A model generated the notes under the pieces. That model was not told the origin of the DNA. It searched no databases and saw nothing but the letters and a program-made list of their open reading frames with translations. From NCBI GenBank assembly GCA_963814275.1, contig CAWFCE010000001.1, positions 3,307 through 67,306 on the forward strand: a DNA stretch of 64,000 nt, read 5' to 3'. This document shows, one piece after another, positions 43,440 to 57,400 of this stretch (the first letter of the stretch is position 1; each line of letters opens with the position of its first letter). The translations under genes were made by a program, and so were the position numbers. Source of the stretch: Candidatus Parcubacteria bacterium. Lineage in GTDB: Bacteria; Patescibacteriota; Patescibacteriia; Patescibacteriales; UBA12075.

Positions 43440-46400
43440 ATGAAGTTTATTAAGCCGACAATCTATGCGATCATGATAACGGTATCCGCCATACTGCTGC
43501 TTAACCGTGCCTGGGCGGCGGATAATGTGATTTTCACGGAAACCTGCAACAGCGTTCCGGAGGCAGAGCTGCCGGTTTCAACGACTGTCACGGTGGGCAG
43601 CGGCTGGAGTTCGAGGATAATACTTGACGGGACGCCTGACGCTACCACCACTTCTGGCCTGCTGGGGACGGCAACGTGCGGCTCTACTTTGGACGAAACC
43701 AATGACGGGTTCGGCTATATTATGAGTCCTGCCCCCACCACTGACGAGTATTATGTGGATTACAAATTCATTGACAGGGGGAGCGTGGCGGCCGCCGCCG
43801 CGGAAGGCGCGCTGCTTAATTTTATCGATGGCGCCACTGATTATTATTACGCCTGCTATACCGATGATGATGCTTCCGGCGCCGTGGACGCGAAGATCGC
43901 CAAGATATCTTCCGGCGGAAATTCGATCCTGAGCCAGTCTCTGAACATAGCAAGAACTTTAAACAATGACACGATAGAATGCCGGATCGATTACAGCGGA
44001 GCGAATCCGGTGATTACCATGACCGATATTACCGAGTCGGCCGTGCTTGTGACCGCGACCGATTCGTCAAGCCCGTTAGCGAAGACAAAAGCGGCCGGAA
44101 TTTTTACCGGCTCTACCCCGACGGCAACGGGCGATGATATCGACGGCCAGCTGGGCTTCGATAATATCCGCCTGGTGGAAGTACTGCCACCGAATCCACC
44201 GACTATTACCGTGTCCACCGCCGATACTCCGGACCCGGTCAACCGGGGCAGTGATGTCACTTTTCAGGCGACGGCCACGGACGCGGAAGGCGACCAATGG
44301 TATCTGGCGGTCTGTACTACGGCCGCGGTTACGGCCGGCACGCCGCCGGCCTGCGATGCCGGCGCATACTGCGTGTCCTCTTCGGCGGTCAATTCCGGCT
44401 CGTCCAATTCCTGCAGCTGGACGAGCGACGGCTCCGGCGCGCAAAATTGGTACGCTTTTGCCTGCGACAACAACGCCAGCCCGACCTGCACCAGCACCCC
44501 GGATACGGCCAATTCACCGGTTACGGTGGTTGTGCCGACCGAATTCACCGCTATCGTCGATCCGGACAACGGGGCCAATACGGATTTCACTTCGCTCGAG
44601 GCCTGGCAGGAAGCGACCAAGGGGGACCTGACCGCGGCCGCGACCAAAGTGTTCTCGATCTCGGCTTCAGCCGGCTGGTGGCCGGTCGGCGCCGACGTGA
44701 CCGGCGCGAATTCGGGTGCGACCGCCTCGACCACCTATATTTCCTCGTCATCGCAGATTTTGCTTTATAATATTTCCGGCATCTTCGAAAACGGCGAAGT
44801 AGTAGAGCTTGACGGCGCCACCGGCAATAACGCCACCCTATCCTCGACCGGCACTCCGGCAGTTGCCGTAGCTAAGTGCCGCTCGACCGGGGGATCGGTT
44901 GACGACCAAATGGCTTTTATTAATGGCTGGACTACGGACGAGGATCACTATGTCAAGATTTGGGCTGACCCGGAAGATCCTTATGGCCGGCATGACGGTA
45001 CAGTCAACGGTGGCGGTTATACTATGAGATCGACCGATTCCAGCGATTATACCGACAATATTCTGATCGGACAACCGTTTACGGTTGTCGACGGCATAAA
45101 AATTATCAGGACAGACGATAACTGGCCATATGGTTCTGCTATATATCTGGACCAAGGATATAATGCTTACGGTTCCATAATCAGGAATAATTTATTAATA
45201 CAGGAGAGTGGAGGTGATTATGGCAATTTGTTCGGTTATTCCCATAATGCTTTTTATACGGGTGGAGTTAGATTTTATAATAATTTCATAATCAGTTTGT
45301 CCGGTGGCACCGGAAGCGGTGTAAGGTTTGCGATTGACGGTGCTGGATCAGATAATAAGAGTTTTTTTGTTAATAATACGATTTTTGGCCAATTTGCCAA
45401 CGAAGCGATAGAGATAGAGGTTATAAATACAGGCAGTGATACCTACAAACCCTTGGTATATAACAACTATGTTGCTAACACAGGATCCGGAATCGGTTAT
45501 AGATTCACGAGCCAATACAGTAGTGCCCAGGCAAATTTTAAATATAATTATTCCAATGATACTACCGCCGGCACAAATAATAACAACGGACAGATCACGC
45601 TTGACCAGGCAAATTTCAAAAATACGAACGATGATCAGCCCGATCTCCATATAACGGCCGAGTCGCCGCTAAAGAATCGGGGATTATCGACGCCATTTTA
45701 CGGTGATCCCTCAACTGCCGTCCGTTTTCAGGATGATATCGACGGCACGGCCCGAGGCTGGGGGATCGATATCGGGGCAGACGAAGTGCCGGTCGAATTC
45801 GTGTCCACGATCTGTGAGAATAAAAACGCGGGAGGGGACTGCGCGAATAAGGATTATAATGCGCTTTGGGGGTGGAATAACGCATTCGATGTCGGTTTTA
45901 ACCTTAGTGCAACCACGACTCGCGTCTTTTCCGGATTTATTACCGGTTCGCTCAGCCATAACGCTATCCTTAACGTCTGCGACGGTTCAACTGACACCGG
46001 CATTGATGTAACGGTTGAAGCAACCACTTCGGATCAGATTATCGTGGAAGACGTAACCGGCACCACTTCACCCCTGATCGTCAGTTCCGGCTGGACTTTC
46101 CACAGCGGTAACTGCGCCACCGGTAACTACTGGACAGTCAGCGGCAGCGGCGACGGTCTCGGTGCTTCGGCGATCCTGACCGCGAAGATTGATGGTGCCT
46201 GGTCAGGAGCTGACGACGGCAATGTCTGGCTGGGCAGCTTCGGCCAGGATTCGGACAATTATGTAAGGATATACACGACCCCGACAGCCAGGCATCAGGG
46301 TTATTGGGACGATACGAAATACCGTATCAAGGAATCCGCCACCAATAATACAGATTACTGTGTCAGAACGGATGACGGCGATATCTGGATTGACGGCTTA

Positions 46401-48419
46401 CAATGTGAAATAACTAACAATGATTATAATTATACTGAAGGGATTATTGTCTGGGAATCTGATGAAGATGATGTTATTCGAATATCCAATAATATTATTA
46501 GCGGTGTATATTCAAGCACTAATGAGGACAGTTTATTCGGGATCATAACGAATACAGACGGAACTCCGACCACTTACTATGTCTGGAACAATATTGTTTA
46601 TGGTATCGACCCGGCGGGAGTCTACTGGGGTTCGGTCGGCATAATCCTTTATGGCCGCGCTTATGTATATAACAACACGGTATATGACAGTAACTATTGT
46701 TATCGCGTTCTGCCGAATACAGTCGGTGATATCATTTTCGCTAACAATATTGCGCAGAAATGCAACGGTGATTATTATGAATCGTCCCAATTCGACAGTC
46801 ATTCCGTATATAATTTAACAGATATATCGCCAGGTTCATCCGATGCGCCTCCGGCCAATGCGATTTATTCGGCCACGGTCGAATTCGTCTCGACGTCGAC
46901 AGGCGTATTCCGCTTAGCGGATAGCGATACCGCTGCCCGCGACCAGGGCTTCGATATTACCTCGAGCTCGACCCTGAACGTGGTCCCCGGCATTACGGCC
47001 GACTATGACGGCGACCGCCGGCCCTATGGCTCCGCCTGGGATATCGGCGCGGACGAGTGGGACCCGCCGACGGCGATCTACCGCAGTGTCGGACCGGACC
47101 AGGACTACGCCCTCCAGTGCGGCGGCGGCGCGAACGCGATGAATATCACCAGTACTTCGTCAATTTCCAATTTCCAATCTCCAATTTCCAATGAAATCGG
47201 GGTCGGGGACGTGATAGTCTATAATTCCTCATCGACTATTGCCTTTATCTCCGGCCGTAATTCCAATACAAATTATGATGTCCGCAATTTCCGCGGCGCC
47301 TCTTCGAGCCCGGCGAGTTTCGGCGATACCGGCTGGTGCATTTTCCGGGCTTACGATGAAATCCAGCATATAGCAAATTATTTTTATGGCAACGACGAGA
47401 ATGACGGTTTGCCCAACGCAGTGGAGAATTTCGATACTTTCACGATCGGCCGCGACCTTGTTGCTAATAATGAACAATGGAACATCGCCTGTTATGCTGG
47501 GATCGCCACCGATACCGATGGGATCGCCCTGAGTGATGACTGGCAAACCGGTTCATCATCATATCTAAAAATCTATACCCCGACCGAACCAAGAGAGGTT
47601 GGCATCAGCCAGCGCCATAGCGGTAAATGGAGCTACGACAAATACCGCCTGACCCACGACTCCGGCGCTAATATCGAAGCTAATACGTCAGGTTATATCA
47701 AGATAATCGGCCTGCAAGTTGATACACACAATACGTATTGTGTGTCAGCTGCCGGGGTTACGAATCTGGATTTGTCAGATAATATATTACAGGGAAATGG
47801 TAATAATTTTGGAATTCTGACCTATTCGAATTATGGAAAAATATATAATAACATAATTTACGGATTTACACAGAGTGGCAGTTCCCGCGGCATTTTCGCG
47901 GGTGGAGGAACCAGTAATTTCTATATTTATAACAACACGGTTTACGACTGTTCGATCGGCATTGAGTCAGAGCATATTACCAATATTGCATCCAACAATA
48001 TTGTTCAAAATACCAGTGGCAATGCTTTTACCGGTTCTTTCAGCGATATCTCGGGGTATAATATCAGCGACGATGCCACCTATGCTTCTTCGACATCAGA
48101 CGATATCAGCGCTTCGGTCGATTTCGTCTCCACGACCGCCGGTTCTGAAGATTTCCATCTGGCCTCGACCGATACGACCGCCCGCGACCAGGGGACAGAC
48201 CTGTCGAGCGACCCGTACATAAGCTTTTCGACCGATATCGACGGCAATACCCGGCCCTTTAACGGCGTTTGGGACATCGGCGCGGACGAGTTCACTGCAG
48301 GCTACGATCTACCGCAGTGTCGGACCGGGAAGTACCGGGGCGTTACAGTGCGGCGGCGGAACCAACGAAATGGATATTTCCGGTTCAATTTCCAATTTCC
48401 AATTTCCAATTTCCGATAA
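43440..48419 (+). CDS. Giant secreted parallel beta-helix repeat protein, ORF A (signal peptide, jelly-roll-like domain, Cys-rich Ig-like segment, four beta-helix modules)
   Basis: The ORF is 1659 aa with signal peptide MKFIKPTIYAIMITVSAILLLNRAWA. PbH1-type rungs recur (NNxI.G.., IYNNT.Y.C..G., NNI.Q). Each module ends DFHLxxxDTAARDxG......DIDGxxR....WDIGADE. Confidence 0.85.
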   Translation: MKFIKPTIYAIMITVSAILLLNRAWAADNVIFTETCNSVPEAELPVSTTVTVGSGWSSRIILDGTPDATTTSGLLGTATCGSTLDETNDGFGYIMSPAPTTDEYYVDYKFIDRGSVAAAAAEGALLNFIDGATDYYYACYTDDDASGAVDAKIAKISSGGNSILSQSLNIARTLNNDTIECRIDYSGANPVITMTDITESAVLVTATDSSSPLAKTKAAGIFTGSTPTATGDDIDGQLGFDNIRLVEVLPPNPPTITVSTADTPDPVNRGSDVTFQATATDAEGDQWYLAVCTTAAVTAGTPPACDAGAYCVSSSAVNSGSSNSCSWTSDGSGAQNWYAFACDNNASPTCTSTPDTANSPVTVVVPTEFTAIVDPDNGANTDFTSLEAWQEATKGDLTAAATKVFSISASAGWWPVGADVTGANSGATASTTYISSSSQILLYNISGIFENGEVVELDGATGNNATLSSTGTPAVAVAKCRSTGGSVDDQMAFINGWTTDEDHYVKIWADPEDPYGRHDGTVNGGGYTMRSTDSSDYTDNILIGQPFTVVDGIKIIRTDDNWPYGSAIYLDQGYNAYGSIIRNNLLIQESGGDYGNLFGYSHNAFYTGGVRFYNNFIISLSGGTGSGVRFAIDGAGSDNKSFFVNNTIFGQFANEAIEIEVINTGSDTYKPLVYNNYVANTGSGIGYRFTSQYSSAQANFKYNYSNDTTAGTNNNNGQITLDQANFKNTNDDQPDLHITAESPLKNRGLSTPFYGDPSTAVRFQDDIDGTARGWGIDIGADEVPVEFVSTICENKNAGGDCANKDYNALWGWNNAFDVGFNLSATTTRVFSGFITGSLSHNAILNVCDGSTDTGIDVTVEATTSDQIIVEDVTGTTSPLIVSSGWTFHSGNCATGNYWTVSGSGDGLGASAILTAKIDGAWSGADDGNVWLGSFGQDSDNYVRIYTTPTARHQGYWDDTKYRIKESATNNTDYCVRTDDGDIWIDGLQCEITNNDYNYTEGIIVWESDEDDVIRISNNIISGVYSSTNEDSLFGIITNTDGTPTTYYVWNNIVYGIDPAGVYWGSVGIILYGRAYVYNNTVYDSNYCYRVLPNTVGDIIFANNIAQKCNGDYYESSQFDSHSVYNLTDISPGSSDAPPANAIYSATVEFVSTSTGVFRLADSDTAARDQGFDITSSSTLNVVPGITADYDGDRRPYGSAWDIGADEWDPPTAIYRSVGPDQDYALQCGGGANAMNITSTSSISNFQSPISNEIGVGDVIVYNSSSTIAFISGRNSNTNYDVRNFRGASSSPASFGDTGWCIFRAYDEIQHIANYFYGNDENDGLPNAVENFDTFTIGRDLVANNEQWNIACYAGIATDTDGIALSDDWQTGSSSYLKIYTPTEPREVGISQRHSGKWSYDKYRLTHDSGANIEANTSGYIKIIGLQVDTHNTYCVSAAGVTNLDLSDNILQGNGNNFGILTYSNYGKIYNNIIYGFTQSGSSRGIFAGGGTSNFYIYNNTVYDCSIGIESEHITNIASNNIVQNTSGNAFTGSFSDISGYNISDDATYASSTSDDISASVDFVSTTAGSEDFHLASTDTTARDQGTDLSSDPYISFSTDIDGNTRPFNGVWDIGADEFTAGYDLPQCRTGKYRGVTVRRRNQRNGYFRFNFQFPISNFR
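47161..47188 (+). repeat. Heptanucleotide tandem repeat (CAATTTC)x4, one mismatch, inside coding sequence
   Basis: Direct reading gives CAATTTC CAATTTC CAATCTC CAATTTC, encoding SISNFQSPISN. Confidence 0.9.
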
Positions 48420-51400
48420 TATCGGCGTCGGTGACGCGATCGTCTATAACGCTTCCAGCTCCATCATGTTCATCTCCGCCCGGGCCAGCTCGACTTCATA
48501 CACAGTACAGAAAGCCGCCGGAGACGCGCCCGCCGACGTCGCCAATGACACCGGCTGGTGCATTTTCCGGGCCTATACTTCGCTCGCCAATGCGGTCGAT
48601 ACTGACGACGGCGGCACGGAAAATACCGGCATTCCCGGCGCGGTCAGCGACTTCGACAGCTGGAGCGGCGGACGGGATCTGGTATCCAACAACGAACAGT
48701 GGAACATCGCTTGTTATGGGGATGCGGCAGATACTGAGACGGTCACAATTGGCGGCTGGATCACCAGCGAAGCTAAATATCTGCGCATCTATACACCGTT
48801 TCTGTCTACTGAAGTGGGGGTAAGCAAGCGGCATAGCGGCGTCTGGGATGATACTAAGTACCATTTGGCGCCTGTAGACGATTCGGTAACAATGTTTCGT
48901 ATAGACAATCCGTATGTGACCGTGGACGGGCTGCAGTTGAAAAATACTACCTACGATAGTGCCGGTAGAGGAGTTATAACGCCCGGTGCCGGCGCCGCCA
49001 CAATTACCGACAATTTAATCAGTGAGGCGAATAGCATCGGTAGCGGCCCAAGATACGGGATATTTTTAAGCTATTGGGCTGATTATGAATCGGTTATTAA
49101 AAATAACATCATTTACGGTTTTGGCTCCGCCGATAGTGTCTGTATTCATACCGATTCCGGCGATAACGGAATGGGTTATCAGACGAATTATATTTACAAC
49201 AATACCTTAAATGATTGTTATTATGGCTTCGAAAACCATTATACTTATGATGCGGTTATTATTAATAATATTGTTCAGAATTGCGGTTCTGATTGCTACG
49301 ACACCTATACGACCGACTCTTCAAATAATATATCATCCGACGATACGGCACCAGGGACTAATTCGCAAACTAATGTAACTTTGAATTTTGATGATGCCGC
49401 GAATAACGATTACCATCTGGCCGACAACGACAGGGCCGCGATCGATGCGGGCAGTTCGAGCCTTGCCAGCGTCATAACCTACGACATCGACGGCGATTAC
49501 CGCTTCTCGGGCGCCGGCTGGGATATCGGCGCCGACGAGTCGCGCGGCCCGGTCGAATACGTCGCCACCGTCGACCCGGACGATGCCTTCGGTACGGACC
49601 ATACTTCGCTTAACGCCTGGGAAGGGGTGACGGACGTCAATCTCACCCTGGCCTCGACCCAGGTCTTCAGCTACTCGACGGCATCCGGCACCCTGGCCGA
49701 TAACACGAGCGTAATCGGGCAGAACTCGGGCGCGACCGCGGTCCTCATGCACATGACCGCTTCTTCAACCAGCGCCCAGGCGCTTATGAAAACCGTGTCC
49801 GGTGCCTTTATCCCGGGCGAAGCGGTCTACGAAGCCGGCACCGACGCCTCTTCGACCTATATCGTCCTGGCCAATGCCGGCGACGAAGTGATCGCCACGG
49901 CCAAATGCCGCAGTACCGGCGGAAGTGAGGATGACCATAATGTTTCTATTAACGGCTGGACCACGGACGCGGACCACTACGTTAAAATCTGGACTGATCC
50001 GGACGACCCGTACGGGCGGCATCACGGGGTGTGGGACGACAGTAAATATCGTCTCGGAAATAGCATTATGGTAGGTGATATTTTAGCTAATGAAGAGGAT
50101 TATACTGTCATTGACGGATTGCAGATAACGGGAAGCGGTGGCGATGGATCAACTATTGCAATAAATTTAAGTGGAAATTCATCCTGGGCATCAAATAATA
50201 TAGTTCAATCGATTTATTCCGGGATAAGGTTAGACGGCGACACTGGCAATAGATTTGTTTCGGGGAATATCATTTACAACACAACGGTGTTTGGTATAGT
50301 ACTATATGGTTGGAGTAATAAATATGTATATAACAATACGATTATAGATGCTGATGAAGGTATTTACCATGATTCATATGAGGATGCAACGGTAAATAAT
50401 AATTTAGTACAAAGTTGTAATACCGATTACGAGAGTTATAACGAAAATTGGAACGGCAATTCATCGAATAATATTTCCTCAGATTGGACCGCGCCCGGCA
50501 ATAACTCCCAGACGACAACCACCGTAGCTTTCCTTAACGCCGCTAATGATGATTTCCATCTCTCGCCCTCCGACACCGCCGCCCGCAATGCCGGCACTTC
50601 TAGCGTATTCTGGGACGCGAACGCGCCGGTGCAGTATGACATCGACGGTACGGCCCGGGGCTGGGGGATCGACATCGGCGTGGACGAAGTGCCGGTCGAG
50701 TTCGAATCGATCATCTGCGAAACGACAACATCCGGCGGGGATTGCGCGGACCGGGACTATTCGCATCTTGATGATTGGCGTTTTGACCTTACTTACGGCT
50801 CGGAAGGGCTTGATCTGACCGCCATGGCGACGCGTGTTTTTTCCGGCACGATCACCGGCGAACTGGCCGGACATGATGACGTCAATCTTTGTAACGGTTC
50901 GACCGATCTGGGGGTAGACGGCACGGTCGCGGCCACAACCAGCGACCAGATACTGATCAAAGGGATCACCGGCACGACTACGCCTATTATCGCCGTTTCC
51001 GGCTACCGCTGGTCGTACGAAGCCTGTGGCTCTGCCGCTAATTACTGGACTATCTCCGGAACAGGGGATGGCCTCGGCGCTTCGCCGATCGCGGTCGCCA
51101 AGATCGACGGCTCCTGGAGCGCGAGCGACACCCAGACTTTTATAACCTATTTTGACGGCGATACCGACAACTACGTCAAGGTTTATACCGCCCCGGCTGC
51201 CCGCCACCCGGGCTATTGGGATTACGCAAAATACCGCATCGCACACACTTCAACGTCTTGCGGTAGTAACGTCACCACGCTCAATCTTTATGACGATTAT
51301 ATCGTAATTGACGGCTTGCAGGTTTATCTCGATAATGCCGCCGAATGCCAGTATGTTAACGCGGTGGCAGTCGATTATGTATACAATCCGCAGAGTTTGA

Positions 51401-54400
51401 TAACTCTGTCTAATAATCTTATCCGAAATTCGAAAAACGGCACGGCCGGGGATAATGGCATCGGTATTTTCGCCAATGGCAGCTTTTCGTCCAATGTGAA
51501 TATATACAATAATGTAATATATGATTTTATTTTCAGTGCCAGCATTTTAGACTGGGAGAGCGGAGAAACATATATTTATAATAATACTGTCTATAATTGC
51601 GAAATCGGCATTTATGGTGGCAATGTTTTGATCAATAATCTGGTGGCCAGCTCGACGACCGCTTGGTACGGTGATTTTGATATCCGATCCGATTATAACG
51701 CCACGGACAACGATGAAACGCCGAGCGGCGGCGGTATCCATAACGCGGCCAACGCAACCTTTAATTTTATTTCTGCTGGCGACTCGATATTCCGTCTGGC
51801 CGAGGATGACAGCGGCGCCCGCGACCAGGGGTTCGATATTACCTCGAGTTCGACCCTGAACGTAATCCCCGGCATAACGACCGATATCGACGGCAATACC
51901 CGGCCCTTTAACGGCGTTTGGGACATCGGCGCGGACGAGTTCATGCAGTCGACGATCTACCGCTCGGTCGGACCGAACAAAACCACCTATCTCTCCCGCG
52001 GCAACGGGTCGGTCGGATTGACCATCTCCGGCTCGACCGCCACCTTCACGAGCGGCCGGCCGAACAATGTCGGCGTCGGCGATGCGATCGTTTATAATTC
52101 CTCGAATAACATAGTCTTCATCTCAGGCAGAACGGATTCGACCCATTATACCGTCCAGGACGCCGACGGCACCGCGCCCGACACGGCCGCCAGCGGCGAT
52201 ACCGGCTGGTATATCTACCGCGCCTATACTTCGCTTGATGATGCCGAATCCGGCATAGAAAACACCGGCATCCCGTCAGGCCTGCGGAATTTCGACGACT
52301 GGGAATCGGGCGGGACCGCGGCTAGCGATGACTTCGGCCGCGACCTGGTCGCCAACAACGAACTGTGGAATATCGCCTGTTACGGCGACGCGGAAGACGC
52401 GGATTCAGTCGATTTCAACGGCTGGACGACAAGTGCAAGCAATTATCTGAAAGTATACACGCCGGACTACTCTTCCGAAGTCGGCGCCAGCCAGCGCCAC
52501 AGCGGCGTCTGGGACTCGAGTAAATACGTGATCAGCGAAACCCAGGAGCCGACGATCGATGTCAATATCGATTATATCCGGATTGAAGGTCTGCAGGTTA
52601 AAAATGACGATCCTGGCGGTAGTACATATGGAATTAGATTAAGCTCAGGTAACGGCGACGCCTATATTAGTGAAAATATTTTTAATGGCTATAATAATGC
52701 CGGCTACGGCGTTTTTGGGGCATATGAAGACGGGCATACTGCGAATGTTTACAGCAACATTATCTTTGACTGGAGCAATTGGGGCGCGTTTTTTTATCAG
52801 GAAACAAATTTATATAATAATACGATCATCAATACCGGCAGCGGTGTATATAGCAACGGCGGCGTCGAGGCGGTTAACAATATCGTCCAGCAGGTCGATA
52901 CCGGTTTTGTCCTTAATTCCGGCACCTGGAATTCATCAGGTTATAATTTGAGCTCCGACAATACCGCGCCCGGATCAGGGTCAATACAGAATACCGTCCT
53001 CTTGTTCTTTGACGGCCAAAATAATGATTACCACCTTAGTCCGGATGATGCCGCCGCCCTGGACGCAGGTTCGGCTTCAGTCTCCTCAGTCGTTGCCACC
53101 GATATCGACGGCGATCCCATCCATACCTACGACATCGGCGCGGACGACGGGGCGCGGTATTTCGAATCGACCGTGATGGAATCAGGCGGTGATTTCTCGG
53201 GTCTGGCGGCCTGGGAGAATGCCAACGACGGCCTCGGCGATATCGACCTGACCGCGACTTCGACGCTGGTCTTCAACTGCGCGAGCGCCAACGGCGCGGT
53301 CAGCGCCGGGACGTATATGTTCGGCGAGACCAGCGGCGCCTCCGGCACGGCCACGGTCCTCTCCACCGTCACGAACCAGATCCTCCTCTATAATATCAAA
53401 GCCAGCTCCACCACCGGCGGCTATTTCCAGTCCGGCGAGAAGATCTATGTCCAGGGCGCTTCCCCGGCCAGCAATTACTGCATTACCGCGAACGCCGGCA
53501 ATCCGGCGATAGCGGTCGCCAAGATCGACGGGGCGTGGAGCGATTCGGATGATGCACCGGTCGGAATCATCGGCTGGACGACCGGAAAATATAATTATAT
53601 TAAAATATATACGACCGAAACGGCGCGTCACCAGGGGAAATGGGACGACAATAAATATAATTTGTATGCCCAACCCGGTGGACTTTACGGCTTAATTGAA
53701 GTTAGCGAGGATTATGTTGATATCGAAGGCTTGCAGTTAGGCTTTGGATACTTCGGTTCGAATAAAGGTGAAATTTACGTAAAGGATACCTGTCATGGTG
53801 TTATCAGTATAAATGACAACATATTTAATGCCGGTTATGGTTATAATATCTATGGTGGCGACGGAATCTCGATTTATTATTTAACCGATAGCGATCTGAC
53901 CATAATAATAAGTAATAATATCATTTATGATTTCGGCGGCGATGACAGCAGTGGCATCCGGGCCTGGGGCGTGTCTACAAAATATATTTACAATAACACT
54001 ATTTATGGTTGCAGTACCGGAATCGCCGGCTCAAATCCGGCCATTGCGATAAATAATATCGTCAACGGCGGCGGCGGATACGGTGGCAGTTTCACTGGTT
54101 CTTCATATAATATTGCCGATGACGACTCTGCGCCCGGCACCAATCCGAAAAACAGCACCAGCGTTTCTTTTGTCGATTCCGCCAACGGCGATTTCCACCT
54201 CGACCCCTCCGACACCGCCGCCCGTGATTCAGGCACTTCTACTGCCTACAGCCTACTGCTTACAGCCTATGATATAGACGGCACTGCCAGAGGCGGAGCA
54301 CTCGATATCGGCGCGGACGAAGTACCGGTCGAATATATATCAACTATCTGCGAAACCCCGGGTAGCGGAGGAGATTGTGCGACCGACATGGATTACAGCC

Positions 54401-57400
54401 ATCTCTCTGACTGGGAAGTGGCTCTGGCGCCGGACGGTCAGAATACCAGTCTGGCCAGTTTCACCACTAGGGTATTCGGCGGTTCGATAACAGGGACAAT
54501 GGATGCCGATGACCAGGTTAGCTTAATTTATCCGAATTATGGCACTACTACAGTAACCGGCTATGTCATAGCCACTACTTCAGACCAAATATTGATCGAC
54601 GGTATCACCGGTACTACCACGCCGCTGGTCGGAGTTACGGGTTCCCAGCTATGGGTTACGAGCGGCAATTACTGGACGATTTCCGGCACTGGCGACGATC
54701 TCGGAGCATCACCGATCGCGGTGGCCAAGATTGATGGGAGCTGGAGCGCTAGCGATACTCCTACAAGCATGTTGTATATCGAGAATTGGATTACGGATAA
54801 TGACAATTTTATAAAAATATATACGACCGATGCTGCCCGGCATAATGGTGTTTGGGATTATACGAAATATCGCCTGTATTGTAACGATGTCGGTAATGGC
54901 TGTATCAGGATATATGCTGATTATATAAGATTGGACGGCCTGCAGGCGAAAATCACCAGGTCCGGGAATAATTGGGGCTCATTGATGCAAATTTATTCAG
55001 ATACGAAAGATTCAGATTTACGGATATCTAATAATCTAATGACCGCAGATTTTTCGTCGTTGGATCACTATGGCGATGCGATCGGGGCAGGTCCTTCAGA
55101 AAGCCATTTGGAGGTTTGGAATAATATTGCTTATGATTTCTTCTCCAGCGATGGCAACAGCAGCTTTATAAGCTTAAACGGCGGTGGAACGGCACATATA
55201 TACAATAATACGGTTTATAATTGTAATTATGGAATCGCGAATTATAACCAGGGTGTTGTTGCCAGTAACAATTTGATTGCCAGCACTACTGATTCGTTTT
55301 ATGATGCTACAGGTTTTTCGCCTTATTCAGCCAACAACGCCACCGATGATTCCGATAGTGCGTCCGGACTCGTAAATACATACAATAACCAGACATTCGG
55401 TTTTATTGATGCGGATAACGGCGATTTCCATCTGACCTTATCCGATACCGGCGCCAAAGACAAGGGCATTGACCTCTCATCCACCTCCACTTTATCATTC
55501 AGCGACGACATCGACGGCGACATCCGACCCTTTAACGGTACCTGGGACATCGGGGCGGACGAGTATGCATTGTATACTATTTACCGCAGTGTCGGACCTG
55601 GCCGGACGACACCGCTGCAATGCGGCGGAGGCGCCAACTCCATGGATGTGTCGTCCGGAATAACCAATTTCCAGGATACAATAACCAATATAGTCGGTGT
55701 CGGAGATGCAATAGTATATAACGCTTCATCGTCAATAATGTTTATCTCAGGACGGGCTTCTTCGACCCAATATTCGGTCCAAGACGCCGCCGGTGTTACA
55801 CCGGATGCAGTGTCCGATGATACCGGCTGGTGCATTTTCCGGGCTTATACGTCGCTGGCCAGAGCCGAGAATGGTATAACCAACACCGGTATTCCCGGCA
55901 CAGTCAGCTTTGATTCCTGGTCCGATGGTCGTGATTTGGTTGCCAATAAAGAGCAGTGGAATATCGCTTGTTACGCAGACGCTGTGGATACCCATGCCGT
56001 AGATACCAGCGGCTGGACAACCAGCGCTAAAAACTTTTTACGGTTCTACACTCCCGTACAGCCGAACGAAGTCGGTATCAGCCAACGCCATACCGGCCAG
56101 CCTGGTACAGGCTATATTCTGCGTCCGACCAATCATGTCGGTTGCCAAGCACTAATCACATACGGGATCGATTATCTTAAAATTGACGGCCTGGAGATAG
56201 ATGCTTCCAATTCGGATATGTCTGAAGGAACCGGCTATAGTGGTGCTATCAACACCCGTTGCGGTTACGGCATGGATGGTGATCTGTATATTTCTAATAA
56301 CCTTATTCACGGCAGTATCGAGCATGGTATTTACCTATATTATAATGAGACTTACAACGCTTATGTATACAATAACATAGTGTATGACAATAATGATGTC
56401 GGGATCTATTGCTTAGCCGGAAGTATCACTCAAACCGTCTATGTCTTTAATAATACGGTCTTAAATAACGGCGACAAAGGTATTTCTCAGTTTAATGACC
56501 CGAATTCCGGTAGCTACATAATAAATAACATATCCATCAATAACAATAACAATGATTTTGGCAATCTTTCCACATACCCAACTAATCACGTCCTTAATAA
56601 TTTATCAGGCGACAATACGGCTGATGACAACGGAGGAGTCGGCAACCAGATAAATAAAACAATATACTTTTTTGACAAATTGAATAACGACTACCACCTT
56701 TCCCCCGAAGACACCGCCGCCCTCGACGCCGGCACGTCATCGGTCTCCGATATCGTCACCACCGACATCGACGGAGCGCCGATCCATACTTACGACATCG
56801 GCGCGGACGACGGCTCTCAGTATTTCGTTTCAAGTATCAAGTATCAGGGAGTGGATGCCGAGTTCGGCACGCTCTCAACCTGGGAAGATGCCAATGACGT
56901 CGATCTGACCGCGACCACCACGCTCGTCTTCGATATCGACGCCACCACCGGCTTTATCCCGTTCGGTGCCAGCGTATACGGCACGAGTTCCTTTGCCGTC
57001 GCCTCGGTAACGGTAGTAGCGACGACTTCTAACCAGATATTGCTCTATGATATAGCCAGCTCAACTTTCCAGGACGGTGAGTGGGTCTGCCTCGAGGGCG
57101 CACCCGCCAACTGCGTCCGCCTGGCCGACGCCGGCAACCCGGCCATTGCCGTCGCCAAGATCGACGGCGCCTGGGCTGGGGCGGATACGAATACTTTCGA
57201 CATAAACGGCTGGACCACCGGGAAATATAACTATATCAAATTATATACAACCGATGCAGCCAGGCATCAGGGTAAGTGGGACGACGATAAATATAGACTA
57301 AGTATCACCAGTTCTTCTGGAGCAATTGACGTTTATAGTAATTATGTGAGGTTTGAAGGACTCCAGATTAAATATGCCCTGTCAACCGCCGCAAGTCGCT

